A stretch of DNA of 64,000 nucleotides from a virus, in IMG/VR virus record IMGVR_UViG_3300021087_000857, positions 1 through 64,000 of that record; one strand, 5' to 3'. The notes beneath the pieces were generated by a model that was given only the letters and a program-made list of their open reading frames with translations, had not been told where the DNA came from and did no database searches. The position numbers and the translations under genes were made by a program. Positions 46,125-54,723 of this stretch are shown here, piece after piece (the stretch's first letter is position 1; the number at the start of each line of letters is the position of its first letter).

Positions 46125-46429
46125 ACGAACTAGACTTACATGGATACAAAGTACATGATGCTTGGAAAGAGTTTTCTAAGCACATACAACAATGTTATCT
46201 AGATGAACTAAAAACCACAACAATTATTACCGGACACGGTAAGATTGCAGAAGAAATAATAGCATGGGTTCATGCTAATCAATATTGTAAAACAATACAA
46301 CGAAGTAGAAATACTGGAGCGTTTATTGTTCACATCAAAAAGAACAAAAGCAAAAAGAAAGAAGATACTAAAGCAGAAAAGCCTAAAGTGGATTTATCTC
46401 CGTTGCTAAAAAAGTTCAATAGTCGTTGA
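46121..46429 (+). CDS. Smr/MutS2-domain protein
   Basis: ELDLHG, IITGHG, NTGAFIV. Confidence 0.85.
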   Translation: MNELDLHGYKVHDAWKEFSKHIQQCYLDELKTTTIITGHGKIAEEIIAWVHANQYCKTIQRSRNTGAFIVHIKKNKSKKKEDTKAEKPKVDLSPLLKKFNSR

Positions 46430-46465
46430 CAAAACACATTATTATCATATAATATTATATAAATA
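46426..46465 (+). promoter_or_regulatory. sigma70-type promoter with adjacent late box
   Basis: TTGACA-16 nt-TATAAT, then TATAAATA at 46458-46465. Confidence 0.65.
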
Positions 46466-46489
46466 TTAATTATAGACGGAGTAGTATTT

Positions 46490-46654
46490 GTGATAAATGT
46501 TGACGCAATTAAAGAAAAGATTTACGGCAAAACTAAGATAGAGTTAGAAAGAGATAAACGATATGAATCTAGGTGGGTTTGGTATCATACATTTCTTGCC
46601 GCAGAAATACTTGTTACTAATATTTTGTTAGTAATTATTATATTTAAACTATAA
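46490..46654 (+). CDS. small membrane protein, 54 aa
   Basis: GGAG SD, GTG start, C-terminal TM; missed by track. Confidence 0.6.
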   Translation: MINVDAIKEKIYGKTKIELERDKRYESRWVWYHTFLAAEILVTNILLVIIIFKL

Positions 46655-46672
46655 AAAGAGGAACCATATAGA

Positions 46673-47326
46673 ATGCAAGTGAAACTAATATCACATAGTA
46701 CAGCGCCTGCTGACACAGGGCTAGATAACTTACAAGAACTAATTGCCTTTTGTGCCAAAGTAAGTAACCCTAACAATCAAATCAACAAAGAAACCAGTGA
46801 GAAACTAATTAGATATTTAATTAAGCATCAACACTGGAGCCCACTTGAGATGGTAAGTGCATGTTTAGAAATTGAAACAACTCGCGACATTGCACATCAA
46901 ATAGTAAGACATAGAAGTTTTGCTTTTCAAGAGTTTAGTCAACGTTATGCTAACCCAGAAGAAATGGGCGAGCAGTTTGTAACACGCGAATGTCGTTTAC
47001 AAGATACAAAGAACAGGCAAAACAGTATTGATACTGATAATGATTATCTAAAAGAGCGTTGGGAAGATGAACAACTAAAAGTTATTATGCAGGCCGAAAA
47101 AGCATACAATTGGGCTATTAGTAATGGTATTGCTAAAGAACAAGCCCGTGTAGTATTGCCAGAAGGTAACACTAAAACAAGATTATATATGAATGGCACA
47201 ATTCGTAGTTGGGTACATTACATTGAATTACGTGGTGCAAATGGCACACAAAAAGAACATATGGAAATTGCACATGCTTGTGCTAAAGTAATTGCTGAAA
47301 TATTTCCATTAGCAAAAGAACTTTGA
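46673..47326 (+). CDS. thyX: flavin-dependent thymidylate synthase
   Basis: HWSPLE, QIVRHRSFAFQEFSQRY, EQARVVLP, TQKEH. Confidence 0.97.
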   Translation: MQVKLISHSTAPADTGLDNLQELIAFCAKVSNPNNQINKETSEKLIRYLIKHQHWSPLEMVSACLEIETTRDIAHQIVRHRSFAFQEFSQRYANPEEMGEQFVTRECRLQDTKNRQNSIDTDNDYLKERWEDEQLKVIMQAEKAYNWAISNGIAKEQARVVLPEGNTKTRLYMNGTIRSWVHYIELRGANGTQKEHMEIAHACAKVIAEIFPLAKEL

Positions 47327-48042
47327 TGAGAATAAACAAAAAAATAACAGATGATTTAGCAAACTTGATACAAGAGCGTTACGGTATTGATGTTAAAGAT
47401 TATCAATCTTTTTTACAATTACAATATGATATAGACGAAGCAGTTTTGGCTCGTTACTTTGGAGATACTAAAGAATCTGCAGATGCAAAAAAATACTGGA
47501 AACAACATCTAAAGTTTGAAACTCGTAAAACAGGCAGACAACTACTAGATAAGATTAATGCTTTGCAAGAACAAAGTAAAGATCCATTTGAAATACTAGA
47601 TGTTGGTTGTGGAGATAACGGATGGAAAGAGCATTTTGGTGAACAACTACTAGGAATTGATCCATTTAATAAAAATGCTGATGTTCAATTAGGTATAGAA
47701 CAATTTGCAAAAGAACGCCCATTTGTATCATGGGATATTGTATTAGTACTAGGCAGTATTAATTTTGGTGATCAAGCAACAATTGAAGCTCAACTAGTAT
47801 CTGCTGCCGGTCTAGTAAAACCGGGCGGTAAATTGTTCTTACGTGCTAATCCAGGTATCACACATATAAATGAGTATGCAAAATGGGTTGATTTCTTTGA
47901 TTGGACAGAGGAATATATAAAAGATGTTGCTAAACGACTTGGATTTACAGTAAACGAAATAGATTGGGACCACCCACAAAGCGAGTTGGATGTTCCAAAT
48001 GGCAATAGATATTACAGCGAATGGACTAAACATAGTGTTTAA
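47323..48042 (+). CDS. class I SAM-dependent methyltransferase
   Basis: ILDVGCG, GIDPFN, LGSINFG, LRANPG; paralog of 5569..6264. Confidence 0.8.
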   Translation: MMRINKKITDDLANLIQERYGIDVKDYQSFLQLQYDIDEAVLARYFGDTKESADAKKYWKQHLKFETRKTGRQLLDKINALQEQSKDPFEILDVGCGDNGWKEHFGEQLLGIDPFNKNADVQLGIEQFAKERPFVSWDIVLVLGSINFGDQATIEAQLVSAAGLVKPGGKLFLRANPGITHINEYAKWVDFFDWTEEYIKDVAKRLGFTVNEIDWDHPQSELDVPNGNRYYSEWTKHSV

Positions 48043-48076
48043 CTAGTGTTTAATAGATTACAAATCGTGGTAAATA

Positions 48077-48132
48077 CATATAGTTTCCTATAGAGTTAAT
48101 CTTAGGATTCTACTTTAAAAGGAAACTATATG
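48077..48132 (+). promoter_or_regulatory. stem-loop sequestering the SD and start codon of the HtrA gene
   Basis: CATATAGTTTCCT (48077-48089) perfectly complements AGGAAACTATATG (48120-48132); inner 7-bp stem. Confidence 0.7.
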
Positions 48133-49392
48133 AAAAAGTCTAACCTCATCACGTTCTTCAAGAAACCATTAGTAAGAACAATATCAATAATCACAGTAGC
48201 ATTCGTACTCAGCGTAGTAACAAATTCATATTATAGAGAAATACAAGAAAAGATACATGATGGCATTGGCTATGTGTATGATAAAAATGAAACTGTTGGG
48301 CAAGCAATATATGATGTAAATTCATTTCTATTTAATGGAGATGGATTTGATCAAGAGCGTAGAGCAAAAGAAACAATTTACGGAAACTTTGGTAAAGTAG
48401 TTGTACTAAGTGTATTTGCTCCAGATAATCCAGAACTTAATGGAATGTCAGGACGTGGCACTGGTTTTATAATTGATGTTGACGATACTTCAGCAACAAT
48501 TGTTACAAATCATCACGTAGTAGACTCATATATTAAACAACCAAGCATATTTAAAGTAAATGTACAAACTGCTATGCAAATGTGGTCTTATGAAGCAGAA
48601 GTTATTGGTCACGACATAGTAACTGATATAGCAGTTATTAAAATTTACAAGAAAGAAAATGAAGATTGGGAAGCTATAGAATGGGGCACCAAAGACGACT
48701 ATAACACAGGAACACCTGTTGTTGTAATTGGACACGGTATGAGCATGTCTTGGACAAGTACACAAGGACATGTTGTATACAGAGATAGATTTGGTATGCG
48801 TCCATATAACTTAATGTTACAAGTTGATGCAGTTATTAACCAAGGTAACAGTGGCGGTCCTATATTTAATGACCGTGGACAAGTTATTGGTGTTGCTCAA
48901 AGTATTTACAGTCCGGGTAGATCAATTCCAGGTTGGGACGGTGTAGGAATGGCAGTAAGTGTGGAACAAGTAAAAAGAAGTGTTGACTTTATTCTAAGTC
49001 CACAATACCATGCTAAGGGTTATGTACCATATGCAGAGTTTCCATTTAGTCTTGGATCTTTCTTATTTGAAGAAATAAAGCATATACCAGACGAAGATAG
49101 ACATTATGCTTATTTTGATTATACAAAGAAGAAACCAGATGCAGAACCTAATGTAGGTGAATTAGCAGGACTCAAACAAGGCGATGTTCTAATAGAATTA
49201 AATGGTGAAAAGGTTGTTAACAGTTTTTCAGTATTACGTGAAACACTAAAAGCATTTCCAGGAGATGTTTGGTATGTTACTGTATTAAGAGGTGAAGAAG
49301 AATTAACAATAGAAGTAGCACTAAGTGAAATGGATATACAATCACTTAGAGATATCATTACTCAACGAGAAAAGAATCGTAGCGGCAAATAA
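48130..49392 (+). CDS. HtrA/DegP-like S1C serine protease with PDZ domain
   Basis: N-terminal TM; GTGF, TNHHV, DIAVIK, INQGNSGGP, GLKQGDVL. Confidence 0.9.
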   Translation: MKKSNLITFFKKPLVRTISIITVAFVLSVVTNSYYREIQEKIHDGIGYVYDKNETVGQAIYDVNSFLFNGDGFDQERRAKETIYGNFGKVVVLSVFAPDNPELNGMSGRGTGFIIDVDDTSATIVTNHHVVDSYIKQPSIFKVNVQTAMQMWSYEAEVIGHDIVTDIAVIKIYKKENEDWEAIEWGTKDDYNTGTPVVVIGHGMSMSWTSTQGHVVYRDRFGMRPYNLMLQVDAVINQGNSGGPIFNDRGQVIGVAQSIYSPGRSIPGWDGVGMAVSVEQVKRSVDFILSPQYHAKGYVPYAEFPFSLGSFLFEEIKHIPDEDRHYAYFDYTKKKPDAEPNVGELAGLKQGDVLIELNGEKVVNSFSVLRETLKAFPGDVWYVTVLRGEEELTIEVALSEMDIQSLRDIITQREKNRSGK

Positions 49393-49404
49393 CCTTTAAA
49401 CAAG

Positions 49405-49433
49405 TTGACAACATAGTCAACATATCTTATAAT
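49405..49433 (+). promoter_or_regulatory. sigma70-type promoter
   Basis: TTGACA-17 nt-TATAAT, perfect consensus. Confidence 0.85.
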
Positions 49434-49456
49434 AATATAAACAATAAGGAGTAATT

Positions 49457-49810
49457 ATGAATTGTTTAGCACTATCATTAGCAGTAACAATGCACCTTGG
49501 ACTAGCAGGTGATTATAACTCATTACATCCACATGCAAGATGCGATGTTGATAATACAGTAGCCGGAATTTATTATAATAGTGAAGAAAACATAAGTGGT
49601 TACGTTGGATATCAATTTCAAATGCCACATGATATAGAGATTGAACTAGGTTGGGTTACAGGATATAATATGGATAACAAGTATAATATATCCCCTATGT
49701 TTAGAATAGTCAAAGATAATTGGTTTATTACACCAGCATATGAGTCAGGACCTGATGAAAAATGGGGTGTAGCCATTGGTTTTGAAATACCTATTTACAA
49801 AAATAATTAA
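49457..49810 (+). CDS. small beta-rich (outer-membrane-like) protein
   Basis: Alternating aromatic/Gly strands GIYYNS, GWVTGY, GVAIGFE. Confidence 0.55.
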   Translation: MNCLALSLAVTMHLGLAGDYNSLHPHARCDVDNTVAGIYYNSEENISGYVGYQFQMPHDIEIELGWVTGYNMDNKYNISPMFRIVKDNWFITPAYESGPDEKWGVAIGFEIPIYKNN

Positions 49811-49818
49811 ATTAAGTT

Positions 49819-49847
49819 AAAAACCCTTGTAAAATAAGGGTTTTTTT
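49819..49847 (+). terminator. intrinsic terminator (possibly bidirectional)
   Basis: AAAAACCCTT-gtaaaat-AAGGGTTTTTTT. Confidence 0.75.
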
Positions 49848-49870
49848 ATGGCTTTTTTACCTATAAAAGG

Positions 49871-49899
49871 TTGACAGGTAAGACGTCTTACTGTATACT
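49871..49899 (+). promoter_or_regulatory. sigma70-type promoter with palindromic spacer
   Basis: TTGACA-17 nt-TATACT; TAAGACGTCTTA palindrome in the spacer. Confidence 0.75.
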
Positions 49900-49931
49900 G
49901 TAAGTATAGTTAATAAAAAAGGAGACGCAAA

Positions 49932-50135
49932 ATGAATACATTTTTAAACATATTAGGCGGAATTTTGTTATTTGGTGGGCTTATGGCTATAGCTGGTTCA
50001 GGTAACGATTGTGACGGTAAGTGTATGGAAACTGCAAATACCTTGGGTGAAATGCTAGTAGTAGCATTTTTTGGATTAATAGCAATGGGAGTAGGTGGTT
50101 ACTTATTTGCCATAGCAAACGGAAAGGGTAATTAA
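49932..50135 (+). CDS. 2-TM membrane protein
   Basis: Two hydrophobic helices flanking DCDGKC. Confidence 0.75.
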   Translation: MNTFLNILGGILLFGGLMAIAGSGNDCDGKCMETANTLGEMLVVAFFGLIAMGVGGYLFAIANGKGN

Positions 50136-50138
50136 ATA

Positions 50139-50167
50139 TTGACTATTATACAGAGTTGTATTATAAT
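50139..50167 (+). promoter_or_regulatory. sigma70-type promoter
   Basis: TTGACT-17 nt-TATAAT. Confidence 0.7.
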
Positions 50168-50231
50168 AGTAATATAAGTTATGCCAAAGAAGAAACAAAT
50201 TTTATCACCATTAGAAGAAGGAAGTGAAAAT

Positions 50232-51356
50232 ATGAAAACTGCGATAAGTGAATCAAGAACTGTAAAAATTAGTGAGGCAACTACCCTCATTACACGAGCT
50301 TTTAAAAAGAAGCGTCCTGTATTTTTATGGGGTCCTCCAGGAATTGGTAAATCAGAACTAGTTAAAGAAATTGGCGACTCGGGTGCATTAGGTAAAACTC
50401 ATGTAATTGATATGCGTCTTGCATTGTTTGAGCCTACTGATTTGCGAGGCTATCCTGTACCAAATGTTGAAACAGGTGTTATGCAATGGTTACCACCTGC
50501 AGATTTGCCAAGTAAAGAATTGGCTAAGAAGTATGATACAGTTATTGTATTCTTAGATGAAATGAACTCAGCGGCACCTAGTGTGCAGGCGGCGGGTTAC
50601 CAGTTAATCCTTAACAGACGTATTGGACAATACGAACTGCCAGACAATGTTGTAATGATTGCTGCAGGTAATAGGGAAACTGACAAAGGTGTTACTTACA
50701 GAATGCCTAAGCCACTTGAAAATCGTTTTGTTCACTTTGAACTTAGAGTTGATTTCCAAGATTGGTTGAACTGGGCAGTAATGCACGAAGTTAATCCTGA
50801 TGTAGTTGGTTACTTGTCATTTGCAAAAGGCGACTTATATAACTTTGATCCTCAATCAAGTTCAAGAGGATTTGCTACGCCAAGAGCTTGGACATTTACT
50901 TCAGAACTACTTGAAGGTGAAGACGACTTGTCAGATAGTTTACAAACTGATATGGTAGCAGGTTGTGTTGGCGAAGGTATTGCAGTTAAGTTTATGGCAC
51001 ATAGAAAGATTGCAGGAGACCTTCCTGTTCCAGAAGATGTGCTAGATGCTAAAGTTAAAAAGATTGATACTACTGAAGTATCGGCAATGTATGCATTGGC
51101 TACATCACTATGTTATGAACTACGTGATAGATTTATTACTGGTGAAAAAGCAGGTGCTGATAGCAAGCAGATGGAAAAGTACCACAAGAGCTTTTCAAAC
51201 TTTATCAGCTTTATGATGGATAACATGGAAACTGAAATGGTTGTTATGGCATCAAGAATTGCAATGCAACAATACAAGTTGGTTCCTAAGCAAAAGAAAA
51301 TTGAACGTTTTGAAGAATACTTTAACCGTTATGGACGTTTGGTACTTGACGCTTAA
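50232..51356 (+). CDS. MoxR-type AAA+ ATPase
   Basis: GPPGIGKS, FLDEMN, AAGNR, LENRF, ATPRAW; SD-supported ATG 50232 (track start 50181). Confidence 0.9.
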   Translation: MKTAISESRTVKISEATTLITRAFKKKRPVFLWGPPGIGKSELVKEIGDSGALGKTHVIDMRLALFEPTDLRGYPVPNVETGVMQWLPPADLPSKELAKKYDTVIVFLDEMNSAAPSVQAAGYQLILNRRIGQYELPDNVVMIAAGNRETDKGVTYRMPKPLENRFVHFELRVDFQDWLNWAVMHEVNPDVVGYLSFAKGDLYNFDPQSSSRGFATPRAWTFTSELLEGEDDLSDSLQTDMVAGCVGEGIAVKFMAHRKIAGDLPVPEDVLDAKVKKIDTTEVSAMYALATSLCYELRDRFITGEKAGADSKQMEKYHKSFSNFISFMMDNMETEMVVMASRIAMQQYKLVPKQKKIERFEEYFNRYGRLVLDA

Positions 51357-51376
51357 TTTAACAGTAGGAAAATAAA

Positions 51377-52549
51377 ATGAACAAAACAGCAGAAGAAAGA
51401 ATTACCCAGTCCAGAGTTAGGTTGCTATTAACTAAACCTTTCTTTGGGCAACTAGCGGTAAGATTAAAAATTGAAGATGCAAGTTCATATTTGCCTACTG
51501 CGGCAACAGATGGTAGAAGGTTTATGTTCAATAGAGAGTTTGTTGATTCTCTAAATGATGAGATGCTTGACTTTTTAGTAGGACATGAAGTATTGCATTG
51601 TGTGTTTGATCACATGCAGGCACGTGGTGATCGTAAGCCTCAACTATTTAATGCGGCGGCTGACTATAACATTAACATGACGCTTGTAGAACAAAACATA
51701 GGTAAGCCAATTACTGAAGATAAACTAGAAGGCGGCAAGATTTGTTTGGACTGGAAATATCAAGGTTGGAACAGTTATGAGATATATGATGACTTGCTAA
51801 AGACTCAGCAAGATGCTAAAGGCATGGATGTGCATATGGACGAAATACAACCCGGTGACGAAGATGGCGAAGGTGGTCAAGGTGTTGAAATGTCTGAAGA
51901 AGAAAAGAAAGCATTAGCAGACGAAATTAAGCAGGCTACTATCCAAGCGGCACAGGCGGCAGGTGAAGGTGTACCAGATGTAATTAAACGTATGATCAGT
52001 GAATTAGTTGCACCTAAAATGGATTGGAGAGACATACTAAGAACTCAATTAGAAAGTTCACTTAAAAATGATTTTACTTTTATGCGTCCTAGTAAAAGAA
52101 GTGGTGAAGTTATTTTTCCAGGTATGAACAAAGACGAAGAACTTAATATTGCAATTGGACTTGATACTTCAGGTAGTATTAGTCAAGATATGTTACGTGA
52201 TTTCCTTAGTGAAGTACAAGGCATTATGGATCAATATCAAAGTTACAATGTACATATCTTTCAATTTGATACAGATGTGTATGGTGCAGATGACTTTACT
52301 AGTGATGATGGTCGTACAATGGATGAATACCAACTTAAAGGTGGAGGTGGTACAGACTTTGATGTAGTGTTTAATTACTTAGAACAGTATAACATTGAAC
52401 CCGATCAACTTGTTATGTTCACAGACGGCTATCCTTGGGGTAGTTGGGGTAATGCAGATTACTGTGATACACTTTTTGTTATTCACGGTGATAAGCAAAA
52501 AAGAATTCAATCACCATTTGGAGTTACAGTACATTATGAAGCAGCTTAA
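51377..52549 (+). CDS. DUF2201-type metallopeptidase plus VWA domain
   Basis: TAATDG, HEVLH, DTSGSI (MIDAS), GGGGTDF, FTDGY. Confidence 0.9.
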   Translation: MNKTAEERITQSRVRLLLTKPFFGQLAVRLKIEDASSYLPTAATDGRRFMFNREFVDSLNDEMLDFLVGHEVLHCVFDHMQARGDRKPQLFNAAADYNINMTLVEQNIGKPITEDKLEGGKICLDWKYQGWNSYEIYDDLLKTQQDAKGMDVHMDEIQPGDEDGEGGQGVEMSEEEKKALADEIKQATIQAAQAAGEGVPDVIKRMISELVAPKMDWRDILRTQLESSLKNDFTFMRPSKRSGEVIFPGMNKDEELNIAIGLDTSGSISQDMLRDFLSEVQGIMDQYQSYNVHIFQFDTDVYGADDFTSDDGRTMDEYQLKGGGGTDFDVVFNYLEQYNIEPDQLVMFTDGYPWGSWGNADYCDTLFVIHGDKQKRIQSPFGVTVHYEAA

Positions 52550-53687
52550 ACTATTAGCAATACTACTTTGTATGGCACTTCCTGCTCATGCAAAAGTTAA
52601 ATCTAACGATATTACTTTTCCAGGTAATTTTTATACAGATGATATAAAATCATGTGAAGCAGTACAACCTGTATCATTTACTAATAATAGAACTGTTAAT
52701 ATCATGGAAGGGTTAATTGGTTATGATTGGCATGCTGATCACTCAACAAATAGCAACTCACGTGATGTTCATCATCGAAATATAACTGTACCAATGAATA
52801 TGTTAATGGCGGCAACACATAAAGCACTTGGCAATAACATTCAGTCTGAAATAGAAAATGCTAAAAACTTGTTATTAGATTTAGCTAAAGCAGATACTTT
52901 GTACGATAGTATTGGCTATATTGAAGTAAAAAAGAAACCTGATTGCTATGCCGGTGGAGATGTAAATGCACCTTGTTGGTATCATGAATATGAATTTGCA
53001 AGAAATGTATTTTCAAATTACATGATTACTGCATTGTGGCTAAAAAATGAATTAAACGAACAAGAATTTAAACTTGTAAACAAGTATATCAAAAAGATGT
53101 ACAAAAAGTTTATAAAGCCAACAGAATTTAAAAGTCAAGAACAAGGTTTCTATGCTATGGCTAACGGTGGCACATCAGTATTAGTTTATGCATCTTGGAC
53201 AGATAATAAGAAACTTGCCGCAAAAGAAATAAATTTTAGATTTAAAGAAATGAACAGGCTATTTTATGAAGATGGTTATATCAATAATAATTCATTTAGA
53301 GGATATAGAGCTCAATGGTATCATTCTTATGGGTTAGACATTGCACTTGGTTATGTTTATATTGCTGAGTTATGGGGTGCAGAAGTACCAACTAAATTAC
53401 AAAACAAATTAGTTAAAGCATCTAAATTAGTTAATCTTGCAATAACTGATTGGGACAAGTTTAAAAGTAGAAAGTATATTGGTGAAAATCACAATGCACT
53501 TAATAATCCAGCAGATGCTATAAAACATACTCACCAATTTGCAATTGCAATAGATACACTAATGCTAGAAGTAACCAACGTAGAACTAGAGTACGATCCT
53601 AAATATCTTGGAAAAAGAAAGTATCAAATTACACAATCCTATGGAATAGATGAATTAATAGGATTTCCGTCAGGATGTATACAATGA
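52536..53687 (+). CDS. exported alginate-lyase-like (alpha/alpha) protein
   Basis: Signal peptide from ATG 52536; DGYI..SFRG.RAQWYHSYGL resembles the PL5-like lyase catalytic region. Confidence 0.55.
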   Translation: MKQLKLLAILLCMALPAHAKVKSNDITFPGNFYTDDIKSCEAVQPVSFTNNRTVNIMEGLIGYDWHADHSTNSNSRDVHHRNITVPMNMLMAATHKALGNNIQSEIENAKNLLLDLAKADTLYDSIGYIEVKKKPDCYAGGDVNAPCWYHEYEFARNVFSNYMITALWLKNELNEQEFKLVNKYIKKMYKKFIKPTEFKSQEQGFYAMANGGTSVLVYASWTDNKKLAAKEINFRFKEMNRLFYEDGYINNNSFRGYRAQWYHSYGLDIALGYVYIAELWGAEVPTKLQNKLVKASKLVNLAITDWDKFKSRKYIGENHNALNNPADAIKHTHQFAIAIDTLMLEVTNVELEYDPKYLGKRKYQITQSYGIDELIGFPSGCIQ

Positions 53688-54028
53688 CAGCACCGTTATA
53701 TAAACTAGGACTAACACCTAAACTAGTAGACGAAGATACAATAGATATTAGCGAGTTTGATCCTAGGCAAAGAACAAATATTAGGTTATATGGATTGGAA
53801 TGTAAAGATTGGACTCCATTAATGATTAGTGATTATAAAAGAAAATGGGCATCGACTAGTACACCAGTAGTAGTGTTTGACTATGATGGTGCTCTAAAGT
53901 GGTGCAAAAAACATTTATATCATCATACTTTTAATGTTATAAAGTGGTCAAATCCAGACGATAGCCATACAGTACATTTTGAAAAAGAAGAAGATGCAAT
54001 GCTATTTAAATTAGCGTTTAGTGGTTGA
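53684..54028 (+). CDS. hypothetical protein (F..E.DAMLFKL family)
   Basis: HFEKEEDAMLFKL; ATGA coupling. Confidence 0.7.
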   Translation: MTAPLYKLGLTPKLVDEDTIDISEFDPRQRTNIRLYGLECKDWTPLMISDYKRKWASTSTPVVVFDYDGALKWCKKHLYHHTFNVIKWSNPDDSHTVHFEKEEDAMLFKLAFSG

Positions 54029-54053
54029 CATAACCACTTTACTATCATATAAT
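54025..54053 (+). promoter_or_regulatory. sigma70-type promoter
   Basis: TTGACA-17 nt-TATAAT, perfect consensus. Confidence 0.85.
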
Positions 54054-54062
54054 AATACAATT

Positions 54063-54392
54063 ATGGGAATGGTTAAAAAAGTGAAAGAATCAGAGAATAA
54101 AATAAAATTAGTTAATAATGGCGGAAGCCTAAGTGAAACAGACTTGCAATTAATTGCAGGTACAGAATTAGTTATAAACATGATGAGAAATAGATTATGT
54201 GTGGTAACTAATAACAATGACATAGCCTGGCAAGATCTAATGATAGATGTACAGGGCTTATATCATATTAGACCGTTAGATAAGTCTAAAAGAGTATATC
54301 AGCTATGGTTTGAATCCAAGCAAGATATAGAGCAATTTAATAAGAATCTTTATGTTAGTAAGTTAAGCAATACCGCACACGAACCGGCATAA
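54063..54392 (+). CDS. hypothetical protein
   Basis: Start moved downstream of the promoter. Confidence 0.6.
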   Translation: MGMVKKVKESENKIKLVNNGGSLSETDLQLIAGTELVINMMRNRLCVVTNNNDIAWQDLMIDVQGLYHIRPLDKSKRVYQLWFESKQDIEQFNKNLYVSKLSNTAHEPA

Positions 54393-54435
54393 ATAAACAT
54401 AGTAGTTAATTATATTCTACAACAAGGAGAAAACA

Positions 54436-54708
54436 ATGGCAGAAGAAGAAACAAAAACAGTTGAAGTCGAAGCGCCTAAAGATGCAGGCGAAATGGTAGG
54501 ACTAGCCCTACAAGATATCGTTCTTTCAGCTAACATTATTGACCTAGCAACACAACGTGGTGCTTTTAAGGCAGCAGAAGCAGGTCAAGTAGGTGCATGT
54601 TTTAACAAGTTAGTAGCTTTCATTAAAGCAAATACACCTAAACCAGAAGAAAAAGAAGAAGATAAAGCACCAGCAGATGCAGATGCAGACTCTTCTGATA
54701 ATTCCTAA
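54436..54708 (+). CDS. hypothetical protein
   Basis: AAGGAG SD; IIDLATQRGAFKAAE. Confidence 0.75.
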   Translation: MAEEETKTVEVEAPKDAGEMVGLALQDIVLSANIIDLATQRGAFKAAEAGQVGACFNKLVAFIKANTPKPEEKEEDKAPADADADSSDNS

Positions 54709-54723
54709 CAAGGAGAAATAATT

